From positions 705 to 64,704 of the forward strand of contig CAJAVM010000025.1 in assembly GCA_903945435.1 (NCBI GenBank): a stretch of DNA of 64,000 nucleotides, given 5' to 3'. This DNA comes from an uncultured bacterium (GTDB lineage: Bacteria; Patescibacteriota; Patescibacteriia; Patescibacteriales; UBA12465). The stretch's first letter is position 1. Each line of letters begins with the position of its first letter. Below the pieces are notes generated by a model, which worked only from the letters and a program-made list of their open reading frames with translations, was not told the origin of the DNA and did no database searches. Below, one piece after another: positions 9,153 to 19,446 of this stretch. A program made the position numbers and the translations under genes.

Positions 9153-10358
9153 CTAGAACTGACTAGCCATATTATACATCGGCATAATAACGGCCGCAAC
9201 CATAATTCCTACACCAATACCCATGATTACCATTATAATCGGTTCCATTAATTTGCTCAAGTTATCCAGCATATTTGCCGTCTCACGAGAATAAAAAGTA
9301 GTAACTCTATCAAGGACCGAATCAAGCTTTCCAGTTTTCTCACCAACAGCAATCATCTGCGGAACCATCTTAGGAACATACGGACTTGCCTCCATAACAG
9401 AAGATACTGGATTACCATCGTTAATAGATTCCAATGTTTCTAAAATAAGTTCTCGATATACAACATTACCAATAATATCAGCAACAATTTCTAATCCTTT
9501 AGTAATTGTAACACCTCCTTTTAATAGTGTCGATAGGGAGCGAGTAAAGCGCATTAAATAAATATACTTAAACAGCTTCCCAAAGATTGGCATTCTTAAT
9601 TTTACAATATCAAACTGACGACGCCCAAAGTATGTCTTTAAATAAAGACGAACAGCAAAAATAGCGGCTAACAACATTAGCCCGACTAACCAAAGATAAT
9701 CTTTAAAAAAATTAGAAGCACCAATAACCATGCGCGTTGAAAAAGGCAATGGGGCATTAGTTTCAGTTAAAATTGCTGTTAAATTTGGAATTACATAAAT
9801 CATTAAAACAATACCAACACCAATCAAACCGCAAGTAATAAACACGGGGTAAATCATGGCTCCTTTAATTTTAGAAACCATATCATAATTCTGCTCCATT
9901 TCATCCGCTAAATAATTTAAAACTTCATCTAACTTACCGGAAGTTTCACCAGAACGAATAATATTGATAAAAAATTCCGAAAATATTTTTGGACGCTTTC
10001 CAAAAGCTTCTGATAGAAAAGAACCACTATCAACTTCAAAAGCAATTTCAGCAATCATGTTCTTTAAAGTAAAATTATCAGTCTGTTCTACTAAAATCAT
10101 CAAAGATTCTACTACGGTTACGTTAGCACTAATCATAACCGAAAACTGACGAGCAAAAATCGCTAACTCCCTAATTTTAATTGGTGCAATCAACATCAAA
10201 AACCGAGTTTCGTAAGTCGTTGTAATATTCAGTAAGGAACTGACGGTTAATTCTTTTTTACGCAATCGTAAAATTGCATCCGCCTCGCTCAAGCCGACTA
10301 CCTTACCAATTTTGCGACGACCGTTTTTATCTTCAGCCTGATATTTAAAAATTGCCAT
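9153..10358 (-). CDS. pilC: Type IV pilus platform protein PilC/GspF
   Basis: Two T2SSF repeats: GETSGKLDEVL and GEKTGKLDSVL...MEP. Confidence 0.93.
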   Translation of the reverse strand: MAIFKYQAEDKNGRRKIGKVVGLSEADAILRLRKKELTVSSLLNITTTYETRFLMLIAPIKIRELAIFARQFSVMISANVTVVESLMILVEQTDNFTLKNMIAEIAFEVDSGSFLSEAFGKRPKIFSEFFINIIRSGETSGKLDEVLNYLADEMEQNYDMVSKIKGAMIYPVFITCGLIGVGIVLMIYVIPNLTAILTETNAPLPFSTRMVIGASNFFKDYLWLVGLMLLAAIFAVRLYLKTYFGRRQFDIVKLRMPIFGKLFKYIYLMRFTRSLSTLLKGGVTITKGLEIVADIIGNVVYRELILETLESINDGNPVSSVMEASPYVPKMVPQMIAVGEKTGKLDSVLDRVTTFYSRETANMLDNLSKLMEPIIMVIMGIGVGIMVAAVIMPMYNMASQF

Positions 10359-10382
10359 ATATATTTCAAATGAAAGAGAAAA

Positions 10383-12146
10383 TTAACTTTCAATAACTCT
10401 TAAAACCTCCTCCATAGTTGTCATCCCCTTTAAAACTTTAATGATACCATCCTGTTTAATAGAAATAAAATCTTCAGTTTTTTTAACCGCTTCTAAATTA
10501 AAATTTTTATCGCCATTATTAATCATCTCTTTCAAGGCTTCGTTGATTTCAATAACTTCCGCAATAGAAACACGACTTGAATAGCCAGTATTTTCGCAAC
10601 GCTGGCAACCGACCGCCTGACAAAGTTTATATTTAATAAATAGTTCGTCAAAATTTGTAAATTCCGGTAATTCCATTTTAATAACTGCTTCAGGGAGTCC
10701 TTTTAATTCATTTACCATATCCTGTTTGGCATCAACCGATAAATCTGTCTCTTTCTTACAATGTTCGCACAAACGACGCGCCAGACGTTGTGCCACAACC
10801 GTTTTTAAAGTTGAAGAAAGTAAGAATCTCTCAATCTTCATATCTAATAAACGAAAAACTGCACCGATAGCATCATTAGTATGTAAAGTAGATAAAACAA
10901 GATGGCCAGTTAAAGAAGCATGAATTGCTAATTCCGCAGTTTCTTCATCACGAATTTCTCCAACCATAATAATATTCGGATCTTGACGCAAAAGAGAACG
11001 CAAACCATTAGCGAAAGAAAACCCGATACGAGGGCGAACTTGAGATTGATTAATTCCTTTAATTTCGTATTCAATAGGATCTTCGAGAGTAGAAATATTT
11101 ACCCCCTCTTGATTTAAAATATTTAAAATTGAATATAAGGTCGTTGTTTTACCACTTCCAGTAGGTCCGGTAACTAAAACAATACCACTAGTCTTTTTAA
11201 TACCTTCACGCATGCGGCGCAAAGCAATTTGATTAAAGCCTAGACTTTCTAAAGTCTGAACTCCACTAACGGTATCCAAGATTCTCATTACTACCTTCTC
11301 ATTACTAGATAATGGAAGAGTCGAAACACGAAAATCAATTTCACGATTATTAATAACTAAACGAATACGACCATCTTGAGGAACGCGAGTTTCATCAAGT
11401 TTTAATTTTGCTAAAACTTTAATACGAGCAATAACCGCATTATGAATACTCTTTGGTAAAGTAAGCGAAGTATGTAAAATACCATCAATACGATAACGAA
11501 CACGACTCTCTTTTGCAAAAGGCTCAATATGAATATCAGAAGCACGAGCTTCAACCGCATGGCGAATAACAACCGAAACGATACGAGAAACTGGAGCGCT
11601 ATTTATATCATCAGTATTTAAATCGCTCGACTCACTACTAACCGTAACTAATTCCTCACCCTCTTCTTTAGCCTTAACTTCCAGGGCGCTAGAAATTTCT
11701 TCTTCTAGTTTCTGATATTGTTTAAAAGCTTTTTGAAAACTAGAATTAGAAATTAAATAATATTCAACTTTTAATTTTTCGTCAGCAGCCAAAAAGTTAA
11801 CCGCTTCAATCGCTTTTAAATTAGACTCAACCAAGCCAATTTTAATACTTTTATTTTCTTTACCGAAGCAAATGATTTTATATGTTCGAGATATTTCCTC
11901 TGGTAAAAAATTTAAAATCGCTTCCGGGACTTCATTATCAGCTAAATTAAAATAATTTAAACCATACACCTCGGCTTTTAATTCTGTTAATTTCTCTTCA
12001 TCAACTATCTTTTGGGCAATTAAAAAAACAGATAGGTTTCCCTCCTTATCAATCACTTCTTTTTGTATTTCGGCTGATTTTTCTGGAGAGATAATTTTAT
12101 TTGTCTCCAACAAACTCAGCAACCTTATATCATTATTTGCGGGCAT
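10383..12146 (-). CDS. pilB: Type IV pilus assembly ATPase PilB/GspE
   Basis: ASDIHIEP, GPTGSGKTTT, LRQDPNIIMVGEIRD, tetracysteine motif. Confidence 0.95.
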   Translation of the reverse strand: MPANNDIRLLSLLETNKIISPEKSAEIQKEVIDKEGNLSVFLIAQKIVDEEKLTELKAEVYGLNYFNLADNEVPEAILNFLPEEISRTYKIICFGKENKSIKIGLVESNLKAIEAVNFLAADEKLKVEYYLISNSSFQKAFKQYQKLEEEISSALEVKAKEEGEELVTVSSESSDLNTDDINSAPVSRIVSVVIRHAVEARASDIHIEPFAKESRVRYRIDGILHTSLTLPKSIHNAVIARIKVLAKLKLDETRVPQDGRIRLVINNREIDFRVSTLPLSSNEKVVMRILDTVSGVQTLESLGFNQIALRRMREGIKKTSGIVLVTGPTGSGKTTTLYSILNILNQEGVNISTLEDPIEYEIKGINQSQVRPRIGFSFANGLRSLLRQDPNIIMVGEIRDEETAELAIHASLTGHLVLSTLHTNDAIGAVFRLLDMKIERFLLSSTLKTVVAQRLARRLCEHCKKETDLSVDAKQDMVNELKGLPEAVIKMELPEFTNFDELFIKYKLCQAVGCQRCENTGYSSRVSIAEVIEINEALKEMINNGDKNFNLEAVKKTEDFISIKQDGIIKVLKGMTTMEEVLRVIES

Positions 12147-12160
12147 GATTTTGTGATAAA

Positions 12161-12475
12161 CTATTTTTTAAGAAAAGGATTATTATTCCCTTTAGCACAA
12201 CGTTTAGAAGTATTCACGCTTTCGCCGCACACTTCTTCAAAAACAAAAACTTTAATATTATTTTTTAAACTTAATAATCTGTCGTTCTTTAAAATTTCAG
12301 TATTAATTAGTTCACTCGCTGGTGGAGATTTTCTAGTTGGAACATCAATCGCCGCGATACCAGTTTTTTCACGTAAGATATCAACAAATGGCTGGCGTAA
12401 GAATAAAAGACTTAGCCCCGCAAGAACAAGAATAACAATAAATATATATAATAGTGAGTTATAATTATTTCTCAT
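12161..12475 (-). CDS. Small single-TM pilus-locus protein
   Basis: N-terminal TM, C-terminal GNNNPF, position between PilO-like gene and pilB. Confidence 0.6.
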   Translation of the reverse strand: MRNNYNSLLYIFIVILVLAGLSLLFLRQPFVDILREKTGIAAIDVPTRKSPPASELINTEILKNDRLLSLKNNIKVFVFEEVCGESVNTSKRCAKGNNNPFLKK

Positions 12476-13127
12476 ATTGTTTCACGGGCTTATAGAAATA
12501 AGCAGCTAATAGTAGTTGAGCCGAATTTTCTCCCTGAGAAAAGGTAACCGACTCAATATCTAACAAACGCGAATTAGCCTCCAGAGTTCTCAGTAGACTT
12601 TTAAATCCAGAATAATCAATCGCTCCAATAGAAACTGTAGCAACAACTCTCCCGACTCTTTCGCTAACAGCCGTTCCGCCAATAGTTGGCATCTCTGCTT
12701 TTTCCGATGCAGACGGCGCCGGTTCTGAACCCGGTATTTTTTCTTCTTCTGCTGGAGCAATAGTTACCGCATTTATCAAAAATCCATTATCTATTATAAT
12801 TTCTTCAAATTCTCCAAAGAGCTGTTCTCGAACATATTCCTCAGGAAGAACACCATTAAATCTTTTTAAATCAACTGGCGTAATTTTATCATAAATTTCT
12901 TTAACGGTTTTTAAATCTTTTAATTTTTTATCCTGCTCTGCATACAACTTCTTCTGCGCCTCAATATTATCCTTAATAACCGCCTGCGTAGAGGCAAACT
13001 TAGGGCCGAGCAATAAAAAATAAGCAGCTACAAAAATAACAATCATCAATACAACAACAAGGGCATTGAAATATTGATTCAAAAAAATATTTAGAGAATA
13101 TTTATTTTGTAGATTGTTTTTAACCAT
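12465..13127 (-). CDS. PilO-like pilus alignment protein
   Basis: TM, coiled coil, YSGFKSLLRTLEANSRLLDI; synteny after pilM and PilN-like gene. Confidence 0.75.
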   Translation of the reverse strand: MVKNNLQNKYSLNIFLNQYFNALVVVLMIVIFVAAYFLLLGPKFASTQAVIKDNIEAQKKLYAEQDKKLKDLKTVKEIYDKITPVDLKRFNGVLPEEYVREQLFGEFEEIIIDNGFLINAVTIAPAEEEKIPGSEPAPSASEKAEMPTIGGTAVSERVGRVVATVSIGAIDYSGFKSLLRTLEANSRLLDIESVTFSQGENSAQLLLAAYFYKPVKQYEK

Positions 13128-13136
13128 TTTTATTTA

Positions 13137-13826
13137 TTATTTTTTGAAAATCTCGGGCTTAACCTGTAAAAATAAGGAAAAGTTAACTGATGACGCAACT
13201 TCTTCAGTAGTACTTGATAATTGGTCTACCGGGATAACGGGCTGAGCCGTAGACTCCTCTTCAGACGCACCGCTAGATGCCGTTGCGGTCTCAACTTTAG
13301 CTTTCACAGTCATAGGATCATCAAGCAAAGTTTTAACTTGCCAAGAAATATCAGCAAAAGAACTAGCAGACCCAGATAAAGAATACTTCCCTTTCAAATC
13401 TCCAGAAAAATTTCCATAAGAAACAGTATTCAAAGTATTTTTTTCTAACCAATTAAAGAAATTAGTCCAATAAATATGATTATTTAAAAGATTGTTTACT
13501 TCAATTGTTTTCTCTTTGTATGATAAAGCATCGCTCGCCGCTTTTCTAAAGTCATTAACGTCTTTAACTTGTACTTTAATTTGTGATTTTAGGTTTTCCA
13601 GTCTTAATTCCTCATCCTTCTCCCACCAACTTAAACCAAAATAAAGTTCAGCAATAATTAAAACAACAACTACTAAGGCAATCGCCAAGCCTCTTATGTG
13701 TTTTTTCCAATCAAAATTAAGAACAATCTCATCCTTGATAAGATTAACTTCTAAAATCTTAGGATTTTTCAAAATCCTATCAAGTTTTTCCTCTATTGGT
13801 TTTTTATTCTTACCGAAAGAAAACAT
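13137..13826 (-). CDS. PilN-like pilus alignment protein
   Basis: EVNLI motif (PilM-binding INLL-like), TM, coiled coil. Confidence 0.7.
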   Translation of the reverse strand: MFSFGKNKKPIEEKLDRILKNPKILEVNLIKDEIVLNFDWKKHIRGLAIALVVVVLIIAELYFGLSWWEKDEELRLENLKSQIKVQVKDVNDFRKAASDALSYKEKTIEVNNLLNNHIYWTNFFNWLEKNTLNTVSYGNFSGDLKGKYSLSGSASSFADISWQVKTLLDDPMTVKAKVETATASSGASEEESTAQPVIPVDQLSSTTEEVASSVNFSLFLQVKPEIFKK

Positions 13827-13847
13827 AAATTATTTTAACAGCTAGGC

Positions 13848-14903
13848 TTACTCAATTTCTCGCATCGCTAGACCAATGGCAACTGCTAGCTTCGGCCCAA
13901 CTTCTTCTAAGACTGGCCTTATTTCTTGAGCATATTCAATTCTATTCCAAGGGTTACCGATTATTACTTTTGTATTTAAACGTTTTGAGAAATAATCAGC
14001 CAAATTAAGAAATAGAGAGCCGCCACCAGACAAAATTATTTTTTCTAAATTTTCGTTATTTTGTGAATGATAGAAATCAATCAAATACTGCATTTCAGTA
14101 ATAATCGGCTCTAAAGTCTTAGTGATTAACTGAGGAAAATCTTCCTGGCTACCATCGGCATTTAAAGAAATACTTAAATCTAACTTAAACTGCTCTGCTT
14201 GAGCATAAGTCATTCCTAGTTTTTCAGAAAGAACTTTAGTTACCGTCGAAGCACAAACAGTAAGACTACGATTTAAAACAGGAATACTTTCTTTAACAAT
14301 GGATAAATCGGTACTATTAGCACCTATTTCGACTATCATCATCGGCGCTTTATCATCCCCTACTAAAGAACGGACTAAAGAAAAGGTTTCTGTTTCTAAA
14401 CTAGCAAGAACCACTCCTGCTTGTTTAAAAATATCTATATATTTACGAACTAATTTTTTTGGAGAGCCGGTCAAAAAAACTTGCATATTCCCAGAAACAG
14501 GAATTTTTCCGTTTTTATCAGGAATTACCTTCCAATCAAGAATCATTTCTTCAAGAGGAAGAGGAATTACTTTTTTTGCTTCTTCATTAACTGAGTCGGC
14601 TAAAGTTTTTTTATCGGCATTAGCAATATTAATAATCGAAGAAAAAACAGCAAAAGTAGGAAGGGAAACTGTTGCACGCTTAGCCTTAAGGCCAGCTTCT
14701 TTAATTACTTTAGCAATTGCTTGAGCAAGATAATTTATATCTTCAACTTTATTAAAATTTATCTCGCTAACATTTTCACTAAAAGCGTAATTTGAAAGTT
14801 GTATTTTACGGCCTTTTTTCTTAAGCTCAACCATCTTCAAGGATGAGTCGCCTATATCTATCCCTAAAAAAAGATTATCGCCGCCAAAAGAAAATAAACT
14901 CAT
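13848..14903 (-). CDS. pilM: Type IV pilus assembly protein PilM
   Basis: LGIDIGDSSLKMVEL, VEIGANST, ILSGGG, AVAIGLAMR (actin-like fold). Confidence 0.95.
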   Translation of the reverse strand: MSLFSFGGDNLFLGIDIGDSSLKMVELKKKGRKIQLSNYAFSENVSEINFNKVEDINYLAQAIAKVIKEAGLKAKRATVSLPTFAVFSSIINIANADKKTLADSVNEEAKKVIPLPLEEMILDWKVIPDKNGKIPVSGNMQVFLTGSPKKLVRKYIDIFKQAGVVLASLETETFSLVRSLVGDDKAPMMIVEIGANSTDLSIVKESIPVLNRSLTVCASTVTKVLSEKLGMTYAQAEQFKLDLSISLNADGSQEDFPQLITKTLEPIITEMQYLIDFYHSQNNENLEKIILSGGGSLFLNLADYFSKRLNTKVIIGNPWNRIEYAQEIRPVLEEVGPKLAVAIGLAMREIE

Positions 14904-14958
14904 AATATTTGAAAAAGCATCAAAAACTAAATTGAATTATCCTGATTCTTAGTATATA

Positions 14959-16257
14959 ATGAATTATATAATATCTGGAAACATTAAACAAGTATATATG
15001 AGTATTTTTACTCGCTACAAAAAACTATTTATCATTATAATTTTCCTTGCTGTGGTCGCCTTCTTGGGCTATCTTCTTTGGAAAGTTTTTTTTCAAGTTC
15101 CTATATCTATACCTGGCAACCAACAAACAACAACTACAACTCCCGGAGGACTTCCGGCCGTTGGACCTAATGGTGAAATTGGTGGCGAGATAACTGGTCC
15201 AGGGAATTTACCTGGCGAAGAAAATCAACCAGGAATTACAACTGGGATTCCTAATCCCGATGCCTTTGCGCCCGATGAAATTGCTAATGGCGGATTAACT
15301 AGAGTATCTCCTTTAACACAAGCTACTGTTTTAAATCCAACACTATCTCGTGATGGCGGCGTCCAATACTACAATAAAGATGACGGCCTTTTCTATAAAA
15401 TAGACGAAAACGGAAATGCGGTTAAATTAAGTGATAAGATCTTTTATCAAGCAGATAAAGTAACTTGGGCTCCTGATAAAGATCAAGCAATCATAGAATA
15501 TCCTGATGGAAGTAAAATTATGTATAATTTTGCAACCGAAAAACAAGTTACTCTTCCTGCTTACTGGAAAGATTTTTCTTTTGCGGATAATAGTTCTCAA
15601 ATAGTTGCAAAAAGTATTGGCCTTGATCCCGATAATCGTTGGTTAGTAGTTTCCGGAAGTGACGGTTCTCAGGCAACGGCTCTAGAATCTATTGGAACTA
15701 AGGATGCAACCGTTTATCCTTCATGGTCTCCTAATAATCAAATTGTAGCGATGTATACTCGCGGGGTTGATTTCGATAGACAAGAAATATTTTTTGTTGG
15801 TTTAAATGGCGAGAACTTTAAATCAACTATTATTGAAGGGCGCGGGCTACAATCACAATGGTCGACTGAAGGCGATAAACTTTTATATAGTGTCTACCAT
15901 ACTAGGGATGATTTAAAGCCAAGATTATGGATAGTTGATGCCAGCGGCGATAATATAGGCGCCGAACGTCGTAGCTTCAATCTTCAAACTTGGGCTGATA
16001 AATGCACTTTTGCTTCTAATACCGAAGTCTACTGCGCTGTTCCAGAAAATCTAGAAGCTGGCTCAGGCATGTTTCCAGAATTAGCCGATAAAACAAAAGA
16101 TAATCTTTATAAAATTGATTTAGCAACCGGAACGCAAAAATTAGTCGCTGTTCCTGATGGGGCTTATAATATTTCTCAAATTATGGTTCCCGATAATCAG
16201 GGCTATATTTATTTCACCGACAAAAGTACTCAAAAAATTTACAAAGTGAAAATGTAA
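14959..16257 (+). CDS. Membrane-anchored TolB-like beta-propeller protein
   Basis: N-terminal TM, Pro/Gly/Thr linker, WAPD/WSPN/WSTEG repeats; start may be ATG 14998. Confidence 0.65.
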   Translation: MNYIISGNIKQVYMSIFTRYKKLFIIIIFLAVVAFLGYLLWKVFFQVPISIPGNQQTTTTTPGGLPAVGPNGEIGGEITGPGNLPGEENQPGITTGIPNPDAFAPDEIANGGLTRVSPLTQATVLNPTLSRDGGVQYYNKDDGLFYKIDENGNAVKLSDKIFYQADKVTWAPDKDQAIIEYPDGSKIMYNFATEKQVTLPAYWKDFSFADNSSQIVAKSIGLDPDNRWLVVSGSDGSQATALESIGTKDATVYPSWSPNNQIVAMYTRGVDFDRQEIFFVGLNGENFKSTIIEGRGLQSQWSTEGDKLLYSVYHTRDDLKPRLWIVDASGDNIGAERRSFNLQTWADKCTFASNTEVYCAVPENLEAGSGMFPELADKTKDNLYKIDLATGTQKLVAVPDGAYNISQIMVPDNQGYIYFTDKSTQKIYKVKM

Positions 16258-16339
16258 AGATTAAAAAAAATTTATCCTCAGTTTATACTCAATAAGTCAT
16301 CATACTTATCAAGGTGATAAAAATTATGACTTATTTTTT

Positions 16340-16993
16340 ATGTTCAAACTTATTCAAAATTTTATTATTGATTTATTATTCCCTATTTGTTGTCTCGGAT
16401 GTCAACAAGAAAATAAAACAAAAGAATATCTTTGTGAAAAATGTTTTAAAAAATTAGTTTTTTGTAAAAGAAGTTATCATTTCCAGCTAGATTTCCTAGA
16501 TAACATTGCTATTGCTGGTGATTATGAAGATAAAATTTTAAACCAACTAATCACTACTTTAAAATTTAATGCGATAAAACCGATTGGAAATATTCTAGCA
16601 AAATTTTTATGCTTATTTTGGCAAGGGCGAGCCATATTATATCCTCAAAAATTTATAGTAATACCTATTCCTCTTTCTGAGACACGAGAACGTTATCGAG
16701 GATTTAATCAAGCAGAAGTAATTGCGCTTTATTTTGCTAACTATTTCCAATATGAGCTTAATTTACAGTTAAAGAAAATAAAAAATACCAAAGCGCAAGC
16801 AGAGCTAAGCGAAGAAAAAAGGCTCAATAATGTAAAGGGTATATTCCAATGGAAAGGAGAAAATTTATCAGGAAAAAGTATTATTATAATAGACGACGTA
16901 ATTACTACTGGGTCGACAATTAACGAAGCCGCTAAAACTTTAAAATTGGCCGGAGCTAAAAGCATAATTGCCCTGGCTATCGCTAAAGGATAA
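16340..16993 (+). CDS. comF: Competence protein ComF (phosphoribosyltransferase fold)
   Basis: N-terminal CxxC..CxxC, RGFNQ, IIDDVITTGST. Confidence 0.92.
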   Translation: MFKLIQNFIIDLLFPICCLGCQQENKTKEYLCEKCFKKLVFCKRSYHFQLDFLDNIAIAGDYEDKILNQLITTLKFNAIKPIGNILAKFLCLFWQGRAILYPQKFIVIPIPLSETRERYRGFNQAEVIALYFANYFQYELNLQLKKIKNTKAQAELSEEKRLNNVKGIFQWKGENLSGKSIIIIDDVITTGSTINEAAKTLKLAGAKSIIALAIAKG

Positions 16994-17054
16994 CTATAAA
17001 GACTCCTCACAATCCCCGTATTTACAAATTAAGCCCAATTTGCTATATTAGTAA

Positions 17055-17230
17055 TAGCTGATTGTTGAGCCCACCAAGCTCAAGATAGAAATATCGCTAA
17101 TGCCTAAAGCTAAAACAATTTAAAAGAGCTTTCTATTTTATAGAAAGAACCCGGGTGGAACCGCGAGACTCAAATAAGTCCCGTCCCGGTAAAAGCAGTT
17201 TATCTGTTTTTACTAGGATGGGATTTTTTT
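17055..17230 (+). ncRNA. T-box riboswitch (Thr), transcription-attenuation type, atypical compact 5' domain
   Basis: T-box GGG-TGGAACC-GCG at 17153-17165; antiterminator helix CCGGG/CCCGG (17151-55/17185-89); competing terminator 17178-17224 plus T-tract; ACC in hairpin loop at 17073-75; directly upstream of thrS. Confidence 0.88.
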
Positions 17231-17252
17231 ATTAATTAACCTAAAAAAATAT

Positions 17253-18989
17253 ATGGAAAACTTAGAAACAAAACGTCATTCTCTTTCACACATAATGGCG
17301 GCGGCGATTAAAGAGTTTTGGCCGGACGCGCAACTTGCTATCGGCCCAGCGATTGAAAATGGCTTCTATTATGATATCGATTTTAATGAAACTAAAATTA
17401 CCGAGACTGATTTAAAAAACATCGAAAAGAAAATGAATCATCTTATCAAACAAAACTTAAAGTTTGAAAGAGTTGAATTAGAAATTCAAGCGGCCTTACA
17501 AGAAGCAGAAAAAGAAGGTAATCCTTATAAAACCGAGCTAATTAGTGAATTAATCAAAAAGGGCGAAACAAAGGTTAGTTTTTATACTATTGGTAAATTT
17601 ACCGATCTTTGTCGTGGCCCCCATATTGAAACTAGCATTAAAATTAAACCCGGAAGCTTCAAACTACATAAACTTGCCGGGGCCTATTGGCGTGGAGATG
17701 AAAAAAATAAAATGTTAACTCGCATTTACGGCCTAGCTTTTGAAACTAAAGAAGAGCTTGATGAATATTTAAAGATGATGGCCGAAGCAGAAAAAAGAGA
17801 CCATAGAAAAATTGGAAAAGAACAAGATTTACTGATGATGCACGAATATGCACCAGGTATTCCCTTTTTCCTTCCGAAAGGTTTTATTATTTTTCAAGAA
17901 TTATTAAAAGTAGCTCGCGAACATTCTTATGGTGAGGGCTATAAAGAAGTCAGAACCCCACAGCTTTTAAATGCTGAGCTTTGGAAAGTTTCCGGTCATT
18001 GGGACCATTATCAAGAAGATATGTTTATTTTGCATCATGCTGAAGATGATTGTGATTTAGGGATTAAACCAATGAACTGTCCAGCACACATGTTAGTTTT
18101 CAAACGCGACATTCATTCTTATCGTGACCTCCCCTTACGTTTAGCGGAAACAACGACTCTATATCGCAACGAAAAATCCGGGACCCTACATGGACTTACT
18201 CGTGTTAGAAGTTTATCGCAAGATGATAGCCATATTTTCTGTCGCCCAGAACAAATTTTAGAAGAAATTAATATATTATTAGACAAGATAAAAAACATAT
18301 ACAAAATCTTTAACCTCCAGATAGATGAAATCCATTTATCAACCCGCCCGGAAAAATTTTTAGGTGAACGGGCAGTTTGGGATGAAGCAGAAAATAACTT
18401 ACGCACTGCTTTAGAGGGTGCTAATCTAGCATATAAAATAAATGAGGGGGATGGTGCTTTTTATGGACCAAAAATAGATGTAAAGGTAAAGGACGCAATT
18501 GGAAGACAATGGCAACTAGCAACTATCCAGCTTGATTTTCAATTACCTCAGCGCTTTGAACTTCATTATACTGATACCGACGGTTCTCAAAAAACTCCAG
18601 TTGTTATTCATCGCGCTCTACTTGGCTCTTTAGAAAGATTCATGGGAGTAATTATTGAACATTACAGCGGAGTGTTTCCGCTCTGGCTCTCTCCAGTACA
18701 AATCAAAATCGTTTCAGTTGCTGAAGCTCATGTCCCTGCTTGTCAGAAGCTAGCCGAGGAATTAAAGGCCGCTGGAATTCGAGTAGAAATTGATGACAAC
18801 AACGAAACCATGGGAAATAAAATTAGAAAAGCGGCTAATGAAAAAATTCCGCACGTCCTAATTATCGGCGATAAAGAAGCTAATTCCGAAGTTTTAAGCG
18901 TACGCGATAGAGGTCAACAAGAAACTCGAGAAATTACGAAAGATAAGTTTATTAACGAATTATTAGATAAGATTAATAACCGTCTCTAG
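17253..18989 (+). CDS. thrS: Threonine--tRNA ligase (no N-terminal TGS domain)
   Basis: RHSLSH, DLCRGPH, RDHRKIG, KPMNCP, GAFYGPKID, QLDF. Confidence 0.98.
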   Translation: MENLETKRHSLSHIMAAAIKEFWPDAQLAIGPAIENGFYYDIDFNETKITETDLKNIEKKMNHLIKQNLKFERVELEIQAALQEAEKEGNPYKTELISELIKKGETKVSFYTIGKFTDLCRGPHIETSIKIKPGSFKLHKLAGAYWRGDEKNKMLTRIYGLAFETKEELDEYLKMMAEAEKRDHRKIGKEQDLLMMHEYAPGIPFFLPKGFIIFQELLKVAREHSYGEGYKEVRTPQLLNAELWKVSGHWDHYQEDMFILHHAEDDCDLGIKPMNCPAHMLVFKRDIHSYRDLPLRLAETTTLYRNEKSGTLHGLTRVRSLSQDDSHIFCRPEQILEEINILLDKIKNIYKIFNLQIDEIHLSTRPEKFLGERAVWDEAENNLRTALEGANLAYKINEGDGAFYGPKIDVKVKDAIGRQWQLATIQLDFQLPQRFELHYTDTDGSQKTPVVIHRALLGSLERFMGVIIEHYSGVFPLWLSPVQIKIVSVAEAHVPACQKLAEELKAAGIRVEIDDNNETMGNKIRKAANEKIPHVLIIGDKEANSEVLSVRDRGQQETREITKDKFINELLDKINNRL

Positions 18990-19034
18990 CACCCCCTGGG
19001 TAGGTATTCCCAATTTCTATATTTATGCTATTAT
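18990..19034 (+). promoter_or_regulatory. CsoR/RcnR-like G/C-tract operator next to an extended -10 element
   Basis: ACCCCCTGGGTAGGTATT at 18991-19008; TGCTATTAT at 19026-19034. Confidence 0.45.
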
Positions 19035-19062
19035 ATTGTTAATAATAATTAAGCTTAAAGTT

Positions 19063-19437
19063 ATGAAAATACAAAAATACCTACCAGCCATACTTGGCAC
19101 CATAGCGCTAATTTTCGTTATTACGTTAATGGTGATAAATAAAAATTCTGAAATGATTCTTTTCTACGGTGATACTTGTCCTCATTGTAAAAATGTTGAT
19201 GAGTTTATGACTGCCAATAAAATAGAGGAAAAAATAGAATTCAGAAAATTGGAAGTCTACAATCATCAAGACAATGCTCAGTTATTAACTCAAACAGCAA
19301 AAAACTGTGGCCTTGATACAACTAAGGGGGTTGGAGTTCCCTTCTTCTACGATGGAAAAACTTGTTTAGTAGGAGATACCGATATTATTAACTTTTTTAA
19401 GAACTACGGTAATAATTCTTCACAAGCAACAGATTAA
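19063..19437 (+). CDS. Membrane-anchored glutaredoxin/thioredoxin-like protein
   Basis: N-terminal TM, CPHC, GVPF cis-Pro, LVGD; start taken as ATG 19063. Confidence 0.85.
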   Translation: MKIQKYLPAILGTIALIFVITLMVINKNSEMILFYGDTCPHCKNVDEFMTANKIEEKIEFRKLEVYNHQDNAQLLTQTAKNCGLDTTKGVGVPFFYDGKTCLVGDTDIINFFKNYGNNSSQATD

Positions 19438-19446
19438 AAAATAAAT

